The notes beneath the pieces are model-generated. The model did not search any database. It saw only the letters and a list, made by a program, of their open reading frames with translations, and was not told the DNA's origin. Of a stretch of 26,599 bases of DNA, positions 1 through 9,192 are shown piece by piece. The DNA is taken from positions 1 through 26,599 of IMG/VR virus record IMGVR_UViG_3300037045_000024. The stretch is one strand, 5' to 3'. The position numbers and the translations under genes were made by a program. Within the stretch, counting starts at the first letter, position 1; each line of letters opens with the position of its first letter. The DNA is from a virus. Taxonomy: Duplodnaviria; Caudoviricetes.

Positions 1-29
1 AAAACAATTAATTAATAGAGGCGAATGGT

Positions 30-383
30 GTGAATAGAGATTTTAAGATAGAAAGTAAAGATGGTAAAAAATATATTAATAGAAGATATTGTACTCCATG
101 TGAAAAGTTTTTAACTTACTATGATGTATCAGAAGATAATAAGTGTCCACATTGTAGAAGAGATACATATTTAGCTAAATCAGAAGTAACGGAGGATTTT
201 TCAAAGAAAACATTCACTGAATACTTAGAGGAAGAGAAGACCATGATTAAAGAATTAAACGTAACTTTAGGACTAGATAAAGATAGATTGTTGAATGATG
301 TGATTGAAAGACTTACAGAAGAACTAAATAGTTTTATATATAACGTTAATATGAATGATTATATAATACATATTAATAAATAG
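30..383 (+). CDS. Hypothetical phage protein with zinc-ribbon (CxxC...CxxC)
   Basis: 117-aa ORF with YCTPCEK...KCPHCRR; GAGG SD upstream of the GTG; lies upstream of the terminase genes. No HNH motif seen. Confidence 0.6.
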   Translation: MNRDFKIESKDGKKYINRRYCTPCEKFLTYYDVSEDNKCPHCRRDTYLAKSEVTEDFSKKTFTEYLEEEKTMIKELNVTLGLDKDRLLNDVIERLTEELNSFIYNVNMNDYIIHINK

Positions 384-484
384 AGGTGAGTGTAATGAAA
401 GAAAATAATATAAAATACCTAGTAGGAAATAATACTAATCAATTTTCAATAAGAAAACAAAAAATTATTATTTTATAAATTTAA

Positions 485-580
485 AAAGGGTAAGGGGTGC
501 TAATAAAGTATCATCTAAGGGAATGAACAGCGTAAGGGTAGTCAAACGTGAGTTTTTTCACTTGAAAAAGTAAAAACTTC
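485..580. other. Candidate cos/packaging-initiation region
   Basis: Non-coding, G-rich (aaagggtaaggggtgc...agcgtaagggtagtcaaacgtgag) segment just upstream of terS, where cos lies in HK97/P27-type phages. Exact cut site not identifiable. Confidence 0.3.
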
Positions 581-611
581 GACATTGTTTTAAATCAAAT
601 TAAATGAAAGG

Positions 612-1034
612 ATGGTTGATATGCCAAGTTCAAATGGTAAAGAATATCAAAAAATATATAAAAGAGCTGAACGTGATTTTAAAAGTGGTAAACGTGAAGA
701 TATGATTGATGATAGGATTGAGGTAAATTTTAAATCTAAGAAAATTACATTGAAGCATTTTAAGGATTTCTATAAGGATAAACTTAAGACTAAAGAACAA
801 GAATTTATATTTAATAATTGTTTGGATTTAATTAGCCTAATAGAAAGTAGTAAAATGGCTTTAGAATTAGAAGGTTCTTTTTTAAAAAATGCAACTGGGA
901 TACTTAAAGTCAATCCTGCAATGAAAGAATTAAGAGAAAATTTAAAGGCATTTACTAATATGTTGGAACTACTACATCAATTAACATTAGAATCTGATGA
1001 AGATGGAAGTTTAGAGGGCTGGTTAAATGAATAA
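612..1034 (+). CDS. terS: Terminase small subunit, P27 family
   Basis: 140 aa, directly upstream of and overlapping terL; C-terminal ...LEGSFLKNATGILKVNPAMKELRE matches the P27-family NPA motif. ATG at 621 is an alternative start. Confidence 0.8.
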   Translation: MVDMPSSNGKEYQKIYKRAERDFKSGKREDMIDDRIEVNFKSKKITLKHFKDFYKDKLKTKEQEFIFNNCLDLISLIESSKMALELEGSFLKNATGILKVNPAMKELRENLKAFTNMLELLHQLTLESDEDGSLEGWLNE

Positions 1035-2703
1035 TGAATATAAAGAATTTAGAAAAAGAATAATTGATTTAACAAATGATATAAAAAATCAAGATATACT
1101 TGATGATGATAATTTAGAATATGCAATAAGCATACAGAAAATAAAATGGGATAATGATAAATATTACTTTGATGAAGTTGAAGCAAAGAAGTTTATTAAA
1201 TTTACTATAAAACTTACACTTGATAAAGGCTTAAAAGGTAAGAATATAGAGTTATTAATATTCCAATTTGAAATATGCACGGATATTCTATGTGTAAAGA
1301 GAAGAGAAGATGATTTAAGGCGGTTTAGAGAATCACATGTAAATATACCTAGAAAGAATGGAAAATCATTTATAATAGCACTTATATTAACATATTTATT
1401 CTTCTTTAAGACTGAATATGGAGCTGAATATATAATAACAGCAAATACAACAAAACAAGCTGGTTTATTATATAATTCTGTAAAACACTTCATAACAAAT
1501 AGTCCATTAAAGAAAGTATGCAAAATAACAGATTCTCAAAAGGTAATATATAGAAAAGATGAAAATTCATATCTAAGAGTATTATCTAGTGATGCAAAAA
1601 GTGCCGATTCATATGCAGATTTAGTATTTTGTATGGATGAAATCCATGAAGCACCAGACCAAAAGTTATATGATAAGTTAAAAACTGGTCAAGGTATCTT
1701 TAAAGAACCATTAGGAATAACTATTACAACTGCTTCAAGTGGTGAGAATCCATTAAATTTAGAAACTGAATTATATAAATATACTAAAACTATCGAAGGT
1801 GGAGAGCATACTGACGATAGTTTTTATTATGCAGTTTTTGAAGCAGAAGATAAGTGTGATTTAATGGATGAATCTGAATGGTATAAGGCAAATCCAGCAT
1901 TAGGAAAGTTTAGACAATATGAAGATTTAAAGAATCTAGCATTAAGAGCTGTCCAATCTAAGACAAGAGAAGCATCTTTTAGAAGATATTTCCTTAATCA
2001 ACACGTATCTATGGAACAAGATAATGCTATAAATATGATGTTATGGAAAGATTGCTTAAGAAATATAAAATACGATGAAGTTAAGAATATGCCAAGTTGG
2101 GCTGGATTAGATTTATCTTCTAGTCAAGATATAACGGCATTTATACAAGTGTTTTATGATGATGATAGAGATAAGTTTATAGTATATCCTCATTTATTTA
2201 CACCTAAAGGAACTCTTTTAGATAGAGAAGAAAGAGATAAAGTACCGTATATGGCTTGGAATAGTCAAGGTTATATAAATGCTTTAGAAGGTAACTTTAT
2301 AAATTTTAATCAGTTACATGGATTTATAAAAGATACTAATAATGTGCAGCAAATATTATTCGATAGATGGGGATCACCTGCTACTCAATCTGCATTAGAA
2401 GAAGACTTTGAAATAATAGGGTTTGGACAAGGGTTTAGAAGTATGTCTCCTATTATAAAAGAATTTGAAAACTTATTAATTGATAAGAGAATAGAAATAG
2501 CAAATAATGAAGTGTTTACATGGATGGCTCAAAATGTAACTGCTACATTAGATGATGCTGGAAATATAAAATACTCAAAGGCTAAAAGTAAAAATAAAAT
2601 AGATGGAATTATTGCTATGTTAATGGGGCTACATGGTGCTATACAAAACCAGGGTATTTTAGATGTTACAGACGATTATCTAAAACTTATGAACTGGCAA
2701 TAA
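1027..2703 (+). CDS. terL: Terminase large subunit (Terminase_1/HK97-like, cos type)
   Basis: Walker A IPRKNGKS, Walker B FCMDEIH, ITTAS coupling motif, KANPALG, nuclease motifs GLDLSSSQDIT and KIDG. Confidence 0.97.
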   Translation: MNNEYKEFRKRIIDLTNDIKNQDILDDDNLEYAISIQKIKWDNDKYYFDEVEAKKFIKFTIKLTLDKGLKGKNIELLIFQFEICTDILCVKRREDDLRRFRESHVNIPRKNGKSFIIALILTYLFFFKTEYGAEYIITANTTKQAGLLYNSVKHFITNSPLKKVCKITDSQKVIYRKDENSYLRVLSSDAKSADSYADLVFCMDEIHEAPDQKLYDKLKTGQGIFKEPLGITITTASSGENPLNLETELYKYTKTIEGGEHTDDSFYYAVFEAEDKCDLMDESEWYKANPALGKFRQYEDLKNLALRAVQSKTREASFRRYFLNQHVSMEQDNAINMMLWKDCLRNIKYDEVKNMPSWAGLDLSSSQDITAFIQVFYDDDRDKFIVYPHLFTPKGTLLDREERDKVPYMAWNSQGYINALEGNFINFNQLHGFIKDTNNVQQILFDRWGSPATQSALEEDFEIIGFGQGFRSMSPIIKEFENLLIDKRIEIANNEVFTWMAQNVTATLDDAGNIKYSKAKSKNKIDGIIAMLMGLHGAIQNQGILDVTDDYLKLMNWQ

Positions 2704-2728
2704 ATAACATAACGCAGAGGGAGGTGAG

Positions 2729-3982
2729 ATGTTGAAAATATTAGATAGATTTAAAAATTTCTTTACTAAAGATATAAATAATATGACTTATGAAGAAGGT
2801 TTATTATTAAAACAACTTGGAATATCAAATGTTGATAGCGATGTGAAAAGTGAAGTTACATATTTTACATGCATAAAAGTACTAGGTGAAACATTAGGTA
2901 AATTACCTTTAAAAATGTATCAAGATACAGATAATGGTATTGTTAAAGCTAAAAATAATGATATTTATAATTTACTAAGATTAAGACCGAATCCTTATAT
3001 GAGTCCTACTACTTTCTGGACAACTATAGAAAATAATAGAAATCATTATGGTAATGCCTATGTATGGTGTAACTATAGAGGGACTAAACTTAAAGATTTA
3101 TGGATATTACCATCTGATCAAGTGTCATTAGTTTGTGATAATGAAGGTTATTTTGGTAAAGAGAATAAGATATATTACATTTACAAAGATACTAGAAATA
3201 ATAAGGAATATACAATAAATGGTGATAACATACTTCATTTTAAGACAAGTCATTCATTTGATGGAATAACTGGTATGCCAGTCAAGGATATACTAGCAAG
3301 TAGTGTAAGAGGTGGTTTAGAATCACAAAAATTTATGAATAATCTTTATGAAAATGGTATGACTGCTAAGGCAGTTTTACAATATACTGGAGACTTAGAT
3401 AATACTGCTAAAAGAAAATACATGAAAAATATAGAAGACTTTGCTAACGGTAGTGCTAATGCAGGGAAAATAATACCTATGCCATATGGTACTGAATTGA
3501 AACCTTTAGATTTAAAATTAACAGATACACAATTTTTTGACTTAAAAAAATTCAATGCTTTACAAATAGCTGGTGCATTTGGAATTAAACCTACATTTAT
3601 TAATGATTATGATAAATCTAGTTATAGTAATAGTGAAGCAGAGCAATTAAGTTTCTTAGTGAACACTTTACAATTCATATTAAAGCAATATGAAGAAGAA
3701 ATTAGCTTTAAATTACTTACTAATAAGCAAATTAAAGAGGGTTATTACTTTAAATTTAATGAAGGTGCTGTATTAAGAACTGATATGAAGACTCAAGCTG
3801 ACGTCATGACTACTTATATTAATAATGGGGTTTATACTTCAAATGAAGTTAGACTAATGTTAGATATGACTACAATAGATGGTGCTGATGTGCTTATGTG
3901 TAATGGAAATTATATTCCAGTACAACAAGTAGGCAAACAGTATGACAAAGGAGGTGAAACGATTGAAAAACAAGAAGGATAA
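2729..3982 (+). CDS. Portal protein, HK97 family
   Basis: 417 aa after terL; LLRLRPNPYMS, GNAY, ILHFK, IAGAFGI, NEVR motifs; GGAGGTG SD. Confidence 0.95.
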   Translation: MLKILDRFKNFFTKDINNMTYEEGLLLKQLGISNVDSDVKSEVTYFTCIKVLGETLGKLPLKMYQDTDNGIVKAKNNDIYNLLRLRPNPYMSPTTFWTTIENNRNHYGNAYVWCNYRGTKLKDLWILPSDQVSLVCDNEGYFGKENKIYYIYKDTRNNKEYTINGDNILHFKTSHSFDGITGMPVKDILASSVRGGLESQKFMNNLYENGMTAKAVLQYTGDLDNTAKRKYMKNIEDFANGSANAGKIIPMPYGTELKPLDLKLTDTQFFDLKKFNALQIAGAFGIKPTFINDYDKSSYSNSEAEQLSFLVNTLQFILKQYEEEISFKLLTNKQIKEGYYFKFNEGAVLRTDMKTQADVMTTYINNGVYTSNEVRLMLDMTTIDGADVLMCNGNYIPVQQVGKQYDKGGETIEKQEG

Positions 3983-4679
3983 TTTGAAAGATTTTTTACA
4001 AATTAAGAATAGTACTGAAACAAGTGCAGATTTATATTTCTATGGAGATATAGTATCTAGTTATTGGGGTGCATGGGATGATACAGACCAGTATCCTGAA
4101 TCAGTTAAAAGTTTCTTAGATGAAGCAAAAGGTAAGGATTTAAACATATATGTAAATAGTGGAGGAGGATCAGTATTCTCTGGTATGGCTATATATAATA
4201 TGCTTAAACGTCATCAAGGATTTAAAACTGTTCATGTTGATGGATTAGCTGCAAGTATATCAAGTGTAATAGCTTTAGCTGGTGATAAGGTAATAATACC
4301 TTCAAATGCTTACTTAATGATACATAAACCCTGGAGTGGTGTACAAGGAAACAGTAACGATTTAAGAGAACAAGCTGATGTTCTTGATAAGATTGAAGAA
4401 GGCATATTAAATGTATATGCTGAAAATCTTAAAGAAGGTATAGATGTAGAAACTATAAAAGAAATGGTGAATGCAGAAACTTGGTTAACAGGTGAAGAAG
4501 CATCTAATTATTTTAATATAGAAGTATCTGAATCAGTAGATGCGGTAGCATTAGCAAGTGAATACTTAAATAAGTTTACAGAGATTCCAAAAGAATTAAA
4601 AGTTGAGGATTCAGTTGATAAAGAAGTAGAAAATAAAAATGAAATAGAAAAATTATTATTAGAACTAGAGTTAATGTAG
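3963..4679 (+). CDS. clpP: ClpP-type prohead maturation protease
   Basis: YVNSGGGSVF, DGLAASISSVI (catalytic Ser), LMIHKPW (His), ETWL. TTG at 3963 follows an AGGAGGTG SD; the ORF track starts at 3942. Confidence 0.95.
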   Translation: MKNKKDNLKDFLQIKNSTETSADLYFYGDIVSSYWGAWDDTDQYPESVKSFLDEAKGKDLNIYVNSGGGSVFSGMAIYNMLKRHQGFKTVHVDGLAASISSVIALAGDKVIIPSNAYLMIHKPWSGVQGNSNDLREQADVLDKIEEGILNVYAENLKEGIDVETIKEMVNAETWLTGEEASNYFNIEVSESVDAVALASEYLNKFTEIPKELKVEDSVDKEVENKNEIEKLLLELELM

Positions 4680-4689
4680 TTCTTTTTTT
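4661..4689 (+). terminator. Intrinsic terminator-like hairpin before capsid gene
   Basis: AGAACTA/TAGTTCT stem followed by a T-tract. Confidence 0.5.
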
Positions 4690-4724
4690 AATACAAAAAA
4701 TTATAGAAAGAATAGGTGAATTAT

Positions 4725-5825
4725 ATGAATAAAGAATTAAGAGAAATGATGCAATCAATACAAGACAAGAAAGTTGAAGCGATGAACTTATTAAAAGAAA
4801 ATAAGATAGAAGATGCTAAAGCAATGAAAATAGAGATACAAGAAATGCAAGACAAGTTCGACATGATGAATGAATTACAAATAGAAGAAATGGGAGAGGT
4901 AAACAATATGACTGAAATAAACAAAGTAGAAAACAAAGTAGATGCTAACGTAGCATTCAACAAGGCAGTATTAGGAAAGCCATTAAATGAAGTGCAAGCT
5001 GCATTAGTAGAAAGAGTTGCAGAAGATGGTGGATACTTAGTTCCAGTTGAACAAAAAACACAAATAGAAGAATTAAAAAGACAATTAATACCTTTAAAAG
5101 AATTATGTAATGTAATACCAGTAGGAACTTTATCAGGTTCAATGCCTTTAGAAGTTGAAGTAAATGATGAGTTAATATCATTCGATGAAAATACTGATAT
5201 AACTCCATCATCTATAAAATTCGGTCAAGTTAAATTTGAATTAGGTGACTATGGAGATATAATACCAGTTTCTAACACTTTATTAGCAGATGAAAAAGCT
5301 AACTTAGTTTCTTATGTAGGTAAGAGATTTGCTAAGAAAGCTGTAAGAACTGAGAATAAAAAGATATTAGCGTTATTAGCAACTACGGAAAAGGTTACTG
5401 CTAATACAGAGGCTGCAATAACACAATCATTAAACAAGAAACTAGATCCATCTATAGCAGCTAATTCAGTGATAATAACTAATCAAGATGGATTTGACCA
5501 TTTAGATAATTTATTAGATTCAAACAAAAGACCTTTATTATCTGATTCATTAGCTGTTCCAGGATCTAAAGAATTTAAAGGTAAGAGAATAATAGTATTA
5601 TCTAATCAACACTTACCATCTGTTGAAGGTGGAAAGACATTTACTTTCTATGTAGGTGATATAGCTGAATTTATAGCTTTCTTTGATAGACAAGCATACG
5701 AAATGGCTATATCTAAAGAAGCAGGATTTACTAAAAATGCTACTTTCATGAGAGTAATAGAAAGATTTGACGTTAAGAAAGTTGATGCTAAGGCTGTAGT
5801 TTGTGCAGAAATAGTAATAGCTTAA
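4725..5825 (+). CDS. Major capsid protein, HK97 fold, with N-terminal coiled-coil scaffold (delta) domain
   Basis: DGGYLVP motif, VSNTLLAD, RPLL, RVIERFDVK; helical N-terminal ~95 aa; follows the protease. ATG at 4725 follows an AGGTG SD. Confidence 0.95.
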   Translation: MNKELREMMQSIQDKKVEAMNLLKENKIEDAKAMKIEIQEMQDKFDMMNELQIEEMGEVNNMTEINKVENKVDANVAFNKAVLGKPLNEVQAALVERVAEDGGYLVPVEQKTQIEELKRQLIPLKELCNVIPVGTLSGSMPLEVEVNDELISFDENTDITPSSIKFGQVKFELGDYGDIIPVSNTLLADEKANLVSYVGKRFAKKAVRTENKKILALLATTEKVTANTEAAITQSLNKKLDPSIAANSVIITNQDGFDHLDNLLDSNKRPLLSDSLAVPGSKEFKGKRIIVLSNQHLPSVEGGKTFTFYVGDIAEFIAFFDRQAYEMAISKEAGFTKNATFMRVIERFDVKKVDAKAVVCAEIVIA

Positions 5826-5836
5826 TAATAACTAAT

Positions 5837-5865
5837 AGGGGTATGGATATTATCTGTACCCTTTT
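5837..5865 (+). terminator. Intrinsic terminator after capsid gene
   Basis: AGGGGTATGGAT-att-ATCTGTACCCTTTT hairpin. Confidence 0.65.
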
Positions 5866-5880
5866 AAGTAGGTGAAATAA

Positions 5881-6174
5881 ATGAGTACAATTGTAACAAA
5901 TGATTTAAGAAATGAAGTAAAACATTTTTTAAGAGTTGATTTTGATGAAGATGATACAGTTATTGATACTTTAATTATTGCTGCTGAATCATATCTTAAG
6001 AATGCTGGATGTCTTGTTGATTATACTAATAATTTATTCTTTTTAGCAATGAAGATGCTAGTAGGTCATTGGTATGAAAATAGAGAAGTTGTTGGAACAG
6101 ATGAGAAAATGGCTTATTCTTTAAATGCTATTATAGTGCAATTACAATATTGCTATGAGGAAGTGACTGTATAA
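5881..6174 (+). CDS. Head-tail connector (HK97 gp6-like)
   Basis: EVKHFLRVDFDEDDTVI...AAESYL...LVGHWYENRE, the classic gp6 signature. Confidence 0.93.
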   Translation: MSTIVTNDLRNEVKHFLRVDFDEDDTVIDTLIIAAESYLKNAGCLVDYTNNLFFLAMKMLVGHWYENREVVGTDEKMAYSLNAIIVQLQYCYEEVTV

Positions 6175-6518
6175 TGAAAATAGGTGAATTAAGAGAATCT
6201 ATATTAATACAAGAACTTAAGAAAGTTGTAAATGACTATGGTGGAACAGAAGAACAATATATAGACCTATATAGTTGTAGAGCTAAAAAGAAAACTGTAT
6301 CTACTAAAGAATATTTAAGTTCACAATCTGAAACTGTTACTCATACTCTTAAATTTATATGTAGAAAAAGACCAACTTACGGTGATTATATTTCTGCATA
6401 TGACATTATATCTAATAACCACTTTATATTGTATAAGAATGATAGATATAACATTAAACATGTCCATGAATTTGATGATATGAAATACATTGAATTTACA
6501 GTAGAAAGGGTGATATAG
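6174..6518 (+). CDS. Head closure / head-tail adaptor (SPP1 gp16-like)
   Basis: MKIGELRESILIQ...DYGG...YNIKHV pattern and synteny. Confidence 0.88.
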   Translation: MKIGELRESILIQELKKVVNDYGGTEEQYIDLYSCRAKKKTVSTKEYLSSQSETVTHTLKFICRKRPTYGDYISAYDIISNNHFILYKNDRYNIKHVHEFDDMKYIEFTVERVI

Positions 6519-6896
6519 GTGGCAATAAACTTTGATATGTCCCAATTACTAGATATATTGGATGATTTAGATAAGAAGGTTAAGAAAGATATAAGTAAAA
6601 ATGCACTTAATGCTGGTGCTGATGTAATTTTAGAAGGCCAACAAGCTAATGTTCCAGTTGATAGTGGAGATTTAAAAGAATCTCTGGACAAAGGGAAAGT
6701 TAAAGGTGGAGCTAATGCTAAAATTAATATAGGTATCGAAAAAGGTGATAAAGATACTTTAAGATATGGATACTATCAGGAATACGGAACTGAATCAATG
6801 ATAGGAAAAAAATGGATGAAGTCTGCATGGAATGATAGTAAAGATCAAGCATTAGAAAAAATAAAAGAATCAATAATCAATGATTTAATAGAGTAG
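6519..6896 (+). CDS. HK97 gp10-family tail completion protein
   Basis: ALNAGA...VPVDSGDLKESL...YGYYQEYGT...WMKSAW. Confidence 0.9.
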   Translation: MAINFDMSQLLDILDDLDKKVKKDISKNALNAGADVILEGQQANVPVDSGDLKESLDKGKVKGGANAKINIGIEKGDKDTLRYGYYQEYGTESMIGKKWMKSAWNDSKDQALEKIKESIINDLIE

Positions 6897-6912
6897 CCGA
6901 GAAGGTGATTAA

Positions 6913-7236
6913 ATGAATAAAAAAATTATGGATATATTTAGAGGATTAGGTATTCCTAGTTTCTATCAAGAATGTACTAACAAGACTGACAATTATGTGA
7001 TATTTAGTATATATAGTGAAAAAGATACTGAAGTATTAGACAATGTTTCTAATGCAACTTTACACTATGTAACTATAAATTATTGGTATGATAAGTGTTT
7101 AAAAGACTTAGATAAATATAAGACTATAAAAACAACAATGAAATCTAATGGATTTAAATTTTATGGATGTGCTGATTTAGTTGGTGATACTCGCTTTGGA
7201 AAGTCATTAGATTTTATATATAAGGAATGGAATTAG
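6913..7236 (+). CDS. Putative tail terminator
   Basis: 107 aa between the gp10 gene and tail tube gene; YVIF...VTINYW...MKSNGF pattern; mainly synteny. Confidence 0.7.
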   Translation: MNKKIMDIFRGLGIPSFYQECTNKTDNYVIFSIYSEKDTEVLDNVSNATLHYVTINYWYDKCLKDLDKYKTIKTTMKSNGFKFYGCADLVGDTRFGKSLDFIYKEWN

Positions 7237-7258
7237 GACTAGAGATAGTTCTTTTTTT
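7235..7258 (+). terminator. Intrinsic terminator-like hairpin before tail tube gene 1
   Basis: AGGACTA-gaga-TAGTTCT followed by a T-tract. Confidence 0.55.
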
Positions 7259-7321
7259 ATGCTTAAAAACAATAAATGGTGGTCGATGGTCGTGTCGGCA
7301 AAATGAAAGAGGTTAAAAATT

Positions 7322-7930
7322 ATGGCTGGTACATATATAGAAAAAATAGTTTACGGTTTAGATAATATACACGTTGCGAAGATGAGTGCTGACGGAACTT
7401 ATGGTGTTCCCGTTGCAATTTTAGGTGCTAAAACTGTAGAAGCATCATTTGAATCATCTGAGAAAGTAATGAAGTATGACAACAAGACTGTTTATACTGA
7501 CAAAAGAGTTACTGGTGGAAGTGGTAAATTAGGAGTTTTAGGATTAACAACAAATGAAAAATCTTTATTAGCTGGTACCGAAAATATGAGTGGTGGATTT
7601 GCATTAAATAGAACAACTAATGCACCTAACTTAGCATTAATATTCTCACAAGATAAAGCTGATGGAGGTAAGATACTTTCGGTAATATACAATTGCCAAT
7701 TCGCTTTACCAGGCATAAGTGCAGTAACTACAGAAGATGAAGTGGAAGAACAAATATTTGAATTAGATTTCACTTGTACAGAAGATATTAAAGAAGGTTA
7801 CTACTATCAATCAGTGGATACAAAAGATGCTAAAGCTGATGCTACAATGATAGGTGCTTGGTTTACAGCAGTACAAATGCCTAAAGCAACTGTAACAACT
7901 GGAGCAATGGCTACTAAAATAGCTAAGTAA
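7322..7930 (+). CDS. Major tail (tube) protein 1, phi13 family
   Basis: KIVYGLDNIHVA...YGVPVAI...ALIFSQDKADG...VIYNC; synteny. Confidence 0.88.
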   Translation: MAGTYIEKIVYGLDNIHVAKMSADGTYGVPVAILGAKTVEASFESSEKVMKYDNKTVYTDKRVTGGSGKLGVLGLTTNEKSLLAGTENMSGGFALNRTTNAPNLALIFSQDKADGGKILSVIYNCQFALPGISAVTTEDEVEEQIFELDFTCTEDIKEGYYYQSVDTKDAKADATMIGAWFTAVQMPKATVTTGAMATKIAK

Positions 7931-7938
7931 TTTAATAT

Positions 7939-7966
7939 AAAGGTGTCCTTAATGGGCATCTTTTTT
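7939..7966 (+). terminator. Intrinsic terminator between the two tail tube genes
   Basis: AAAGGTGTCC-ttaat-GGGCATCTTTTTT. Confidence 0.65.
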
Positions 7967-8040
7967 ATTTGTTGTTAATTAATTTTAAAGTTGATTTAAG
8001 TTGTTTAAGAGCAAATAAATATAAGGTGGTGAAAAGAAGA

Positions 8041-8580
8041 ATGTATGAATCGAAAATATTATATGGATTAGACAAGATACATTATTGTGCTAAAGATGGA
8101 GTAATAAAACCTCTTAGTGGTGCTTTCGATATAGAAATAAGTTTAGAACAAGCGTATACATATTCTACAAAAGAAGGGCATGATGCTATTAGAATAAATG
8201 GATCTACTAAAGGAAAGGGTAAATTAACCTTATTAAGTTTAACTTTAGAAGAACAAGCAGACTTATTTGGATATTCATATAAGAATGGTGAATTAGGCGT
8301 TGGTGGTAATTATAATCCTCCGACTTTAAGTTTATTATGTGCTAGACAAAAAGCAGATGGTGGAGAAATTTATACAGTTGTTTATAAGTGTGTATTTAAC
8401 AATCCAAGTATAAATGGAACAACACTTAAAGGTGAACTAGAAGAAGGTGTAATGACTTTAGACTTTGATGTTTTAGTTGATCTGAATAAGGAACTTACTT
8501 ATTTTAGTTTAGATACTAAAGTAGGAGATAAGAACAAAGTTGATAATTTCTTTAAAGAAATACAAATACCAAGTGTATAA
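8041..8580 (+). CDS. Major tail (tube) protein 2, paralog of 7322..7930
   Basis: KILYGLDKIHYC...GKGKLTLLSLT...ARQKADGG...VVYKC aligns by eye with tube protein 1. ATG at 8041 follows an AAGGTGGTG SD; the ORF track starts at 7969. Confidence 0.82.
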   Translation: MYESKILYGLDKIHYCAKDGVIKPLSGAFDIEISLEQAYTYSTKEGHDAIRINGSTKGKGKLTLLSLTLEEQADLFGYSYKNGELGVGGNYNPPTLSLLCARQKADGGEIYTVVYKCVFNNPSINGTTLKGELEEGVMTLDFDVLVDLNKELTYFSLDTKVGDKNKVDNFFKEIQIPSV

Positions 8581-8595
8581 GAAAGGTGATATAAA

Positions 8596-8928
8596 ATGAT
8601 AAATGATAATATAGAAATAATAATGAATGATGCTACATATAATGCAAGATTAGATATGGGAGCAATCGCAAATGCACAAAATAATTTGCAAAAATTAAAG
8701 AAAAATATTGGTGTAGTAGAAATGTTTGACCAAGTTAAGGAAGAGAATTATTTAGTTGTAAATAACTTAATAATCGAATCTATAAGAAGGTGTCATCCTC
8801 AATTAAAAGCAGAAAATATTCTTGAAAATATGAAACTATGTGAGAAAAATAAAATAGTAGCTTATGTATTTGAATTAATGAATGCAAGTTTACCAAGTGA
8901 TGATAGTAAAAAAAAAGTAGTGGAATAG
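8596..8928 (+). CDS. Tail assembly chaperone (gpG-like)
   Basis: 110 aa between tube and tape measure genes; ends ...DDSKKKVVE over an A9 run. Confidence 0.8.
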   Translation: MINDNIEIIMNDATYNARLDMGAIANAQNNLQKLKKNIGVVEMFDQVKEENYLVVNNLIIESIRRCHPQLKAENILENMKLCEKNKIVAYVFELMNASLPSDDSKKKVVE

Positions 8929-9128
8929 TAAATCCTTATAAAAAAGTACAAGATTGGGATTATGATGATATGGAATATGCTTGGTATTCTGTATTAAAAA
9001 GAACTGAAGATTTTTGGAGTATACTTCCTAAGTATTACTTTAAACAATGGGATGCACATAAAAAGTTTAACGGATTAGATAAACAAGATACTAAAAGAGT
9101 AGTTGTAAATGGAACTGAATGTGGATAG
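8916..9128 (+). CDS. -1 frameshift extension of tail chaperone (gpGT-like)
   Basis: The -1 frame after A9 (8908-8916) reads SSGIVNPYKKVQDWDYDDMEYAWYSVLKRTEDFWSILPKYYFKQWDAHKKFNG...CG*, with the DW...FW..P pattern of gpT regions. Not in the ORF track. Confidence 0.8.
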   Translation, partial: SSGIVNPYKKVQDWDYDDMEYAWYSVLKRTEDFWSILPKYYFKQWDAHKKFNGLDKQDTKRVVVNGTECG

Positions 9129-9161
9129 GTATGACCTTTAATTAGGTTATACCTTTTTTTT
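9127..9161 (+). terminator. Intrinsic terminator immediately before tape measure gene
   Basis: AGGTATGACCT-ttaatt-AGGTTATACCT followed by a T-tract. Confidence 0.65.
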
Positions 9162-9192
9162 AACAAAATTTAATAAAAGAGTGGTGTATTTA

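Noticed and set aside
30-383. Terminase-associated HNH endonuclease
   Set aside because: Has two CxxC pairs but no H-H/N/H catalytic pattern.
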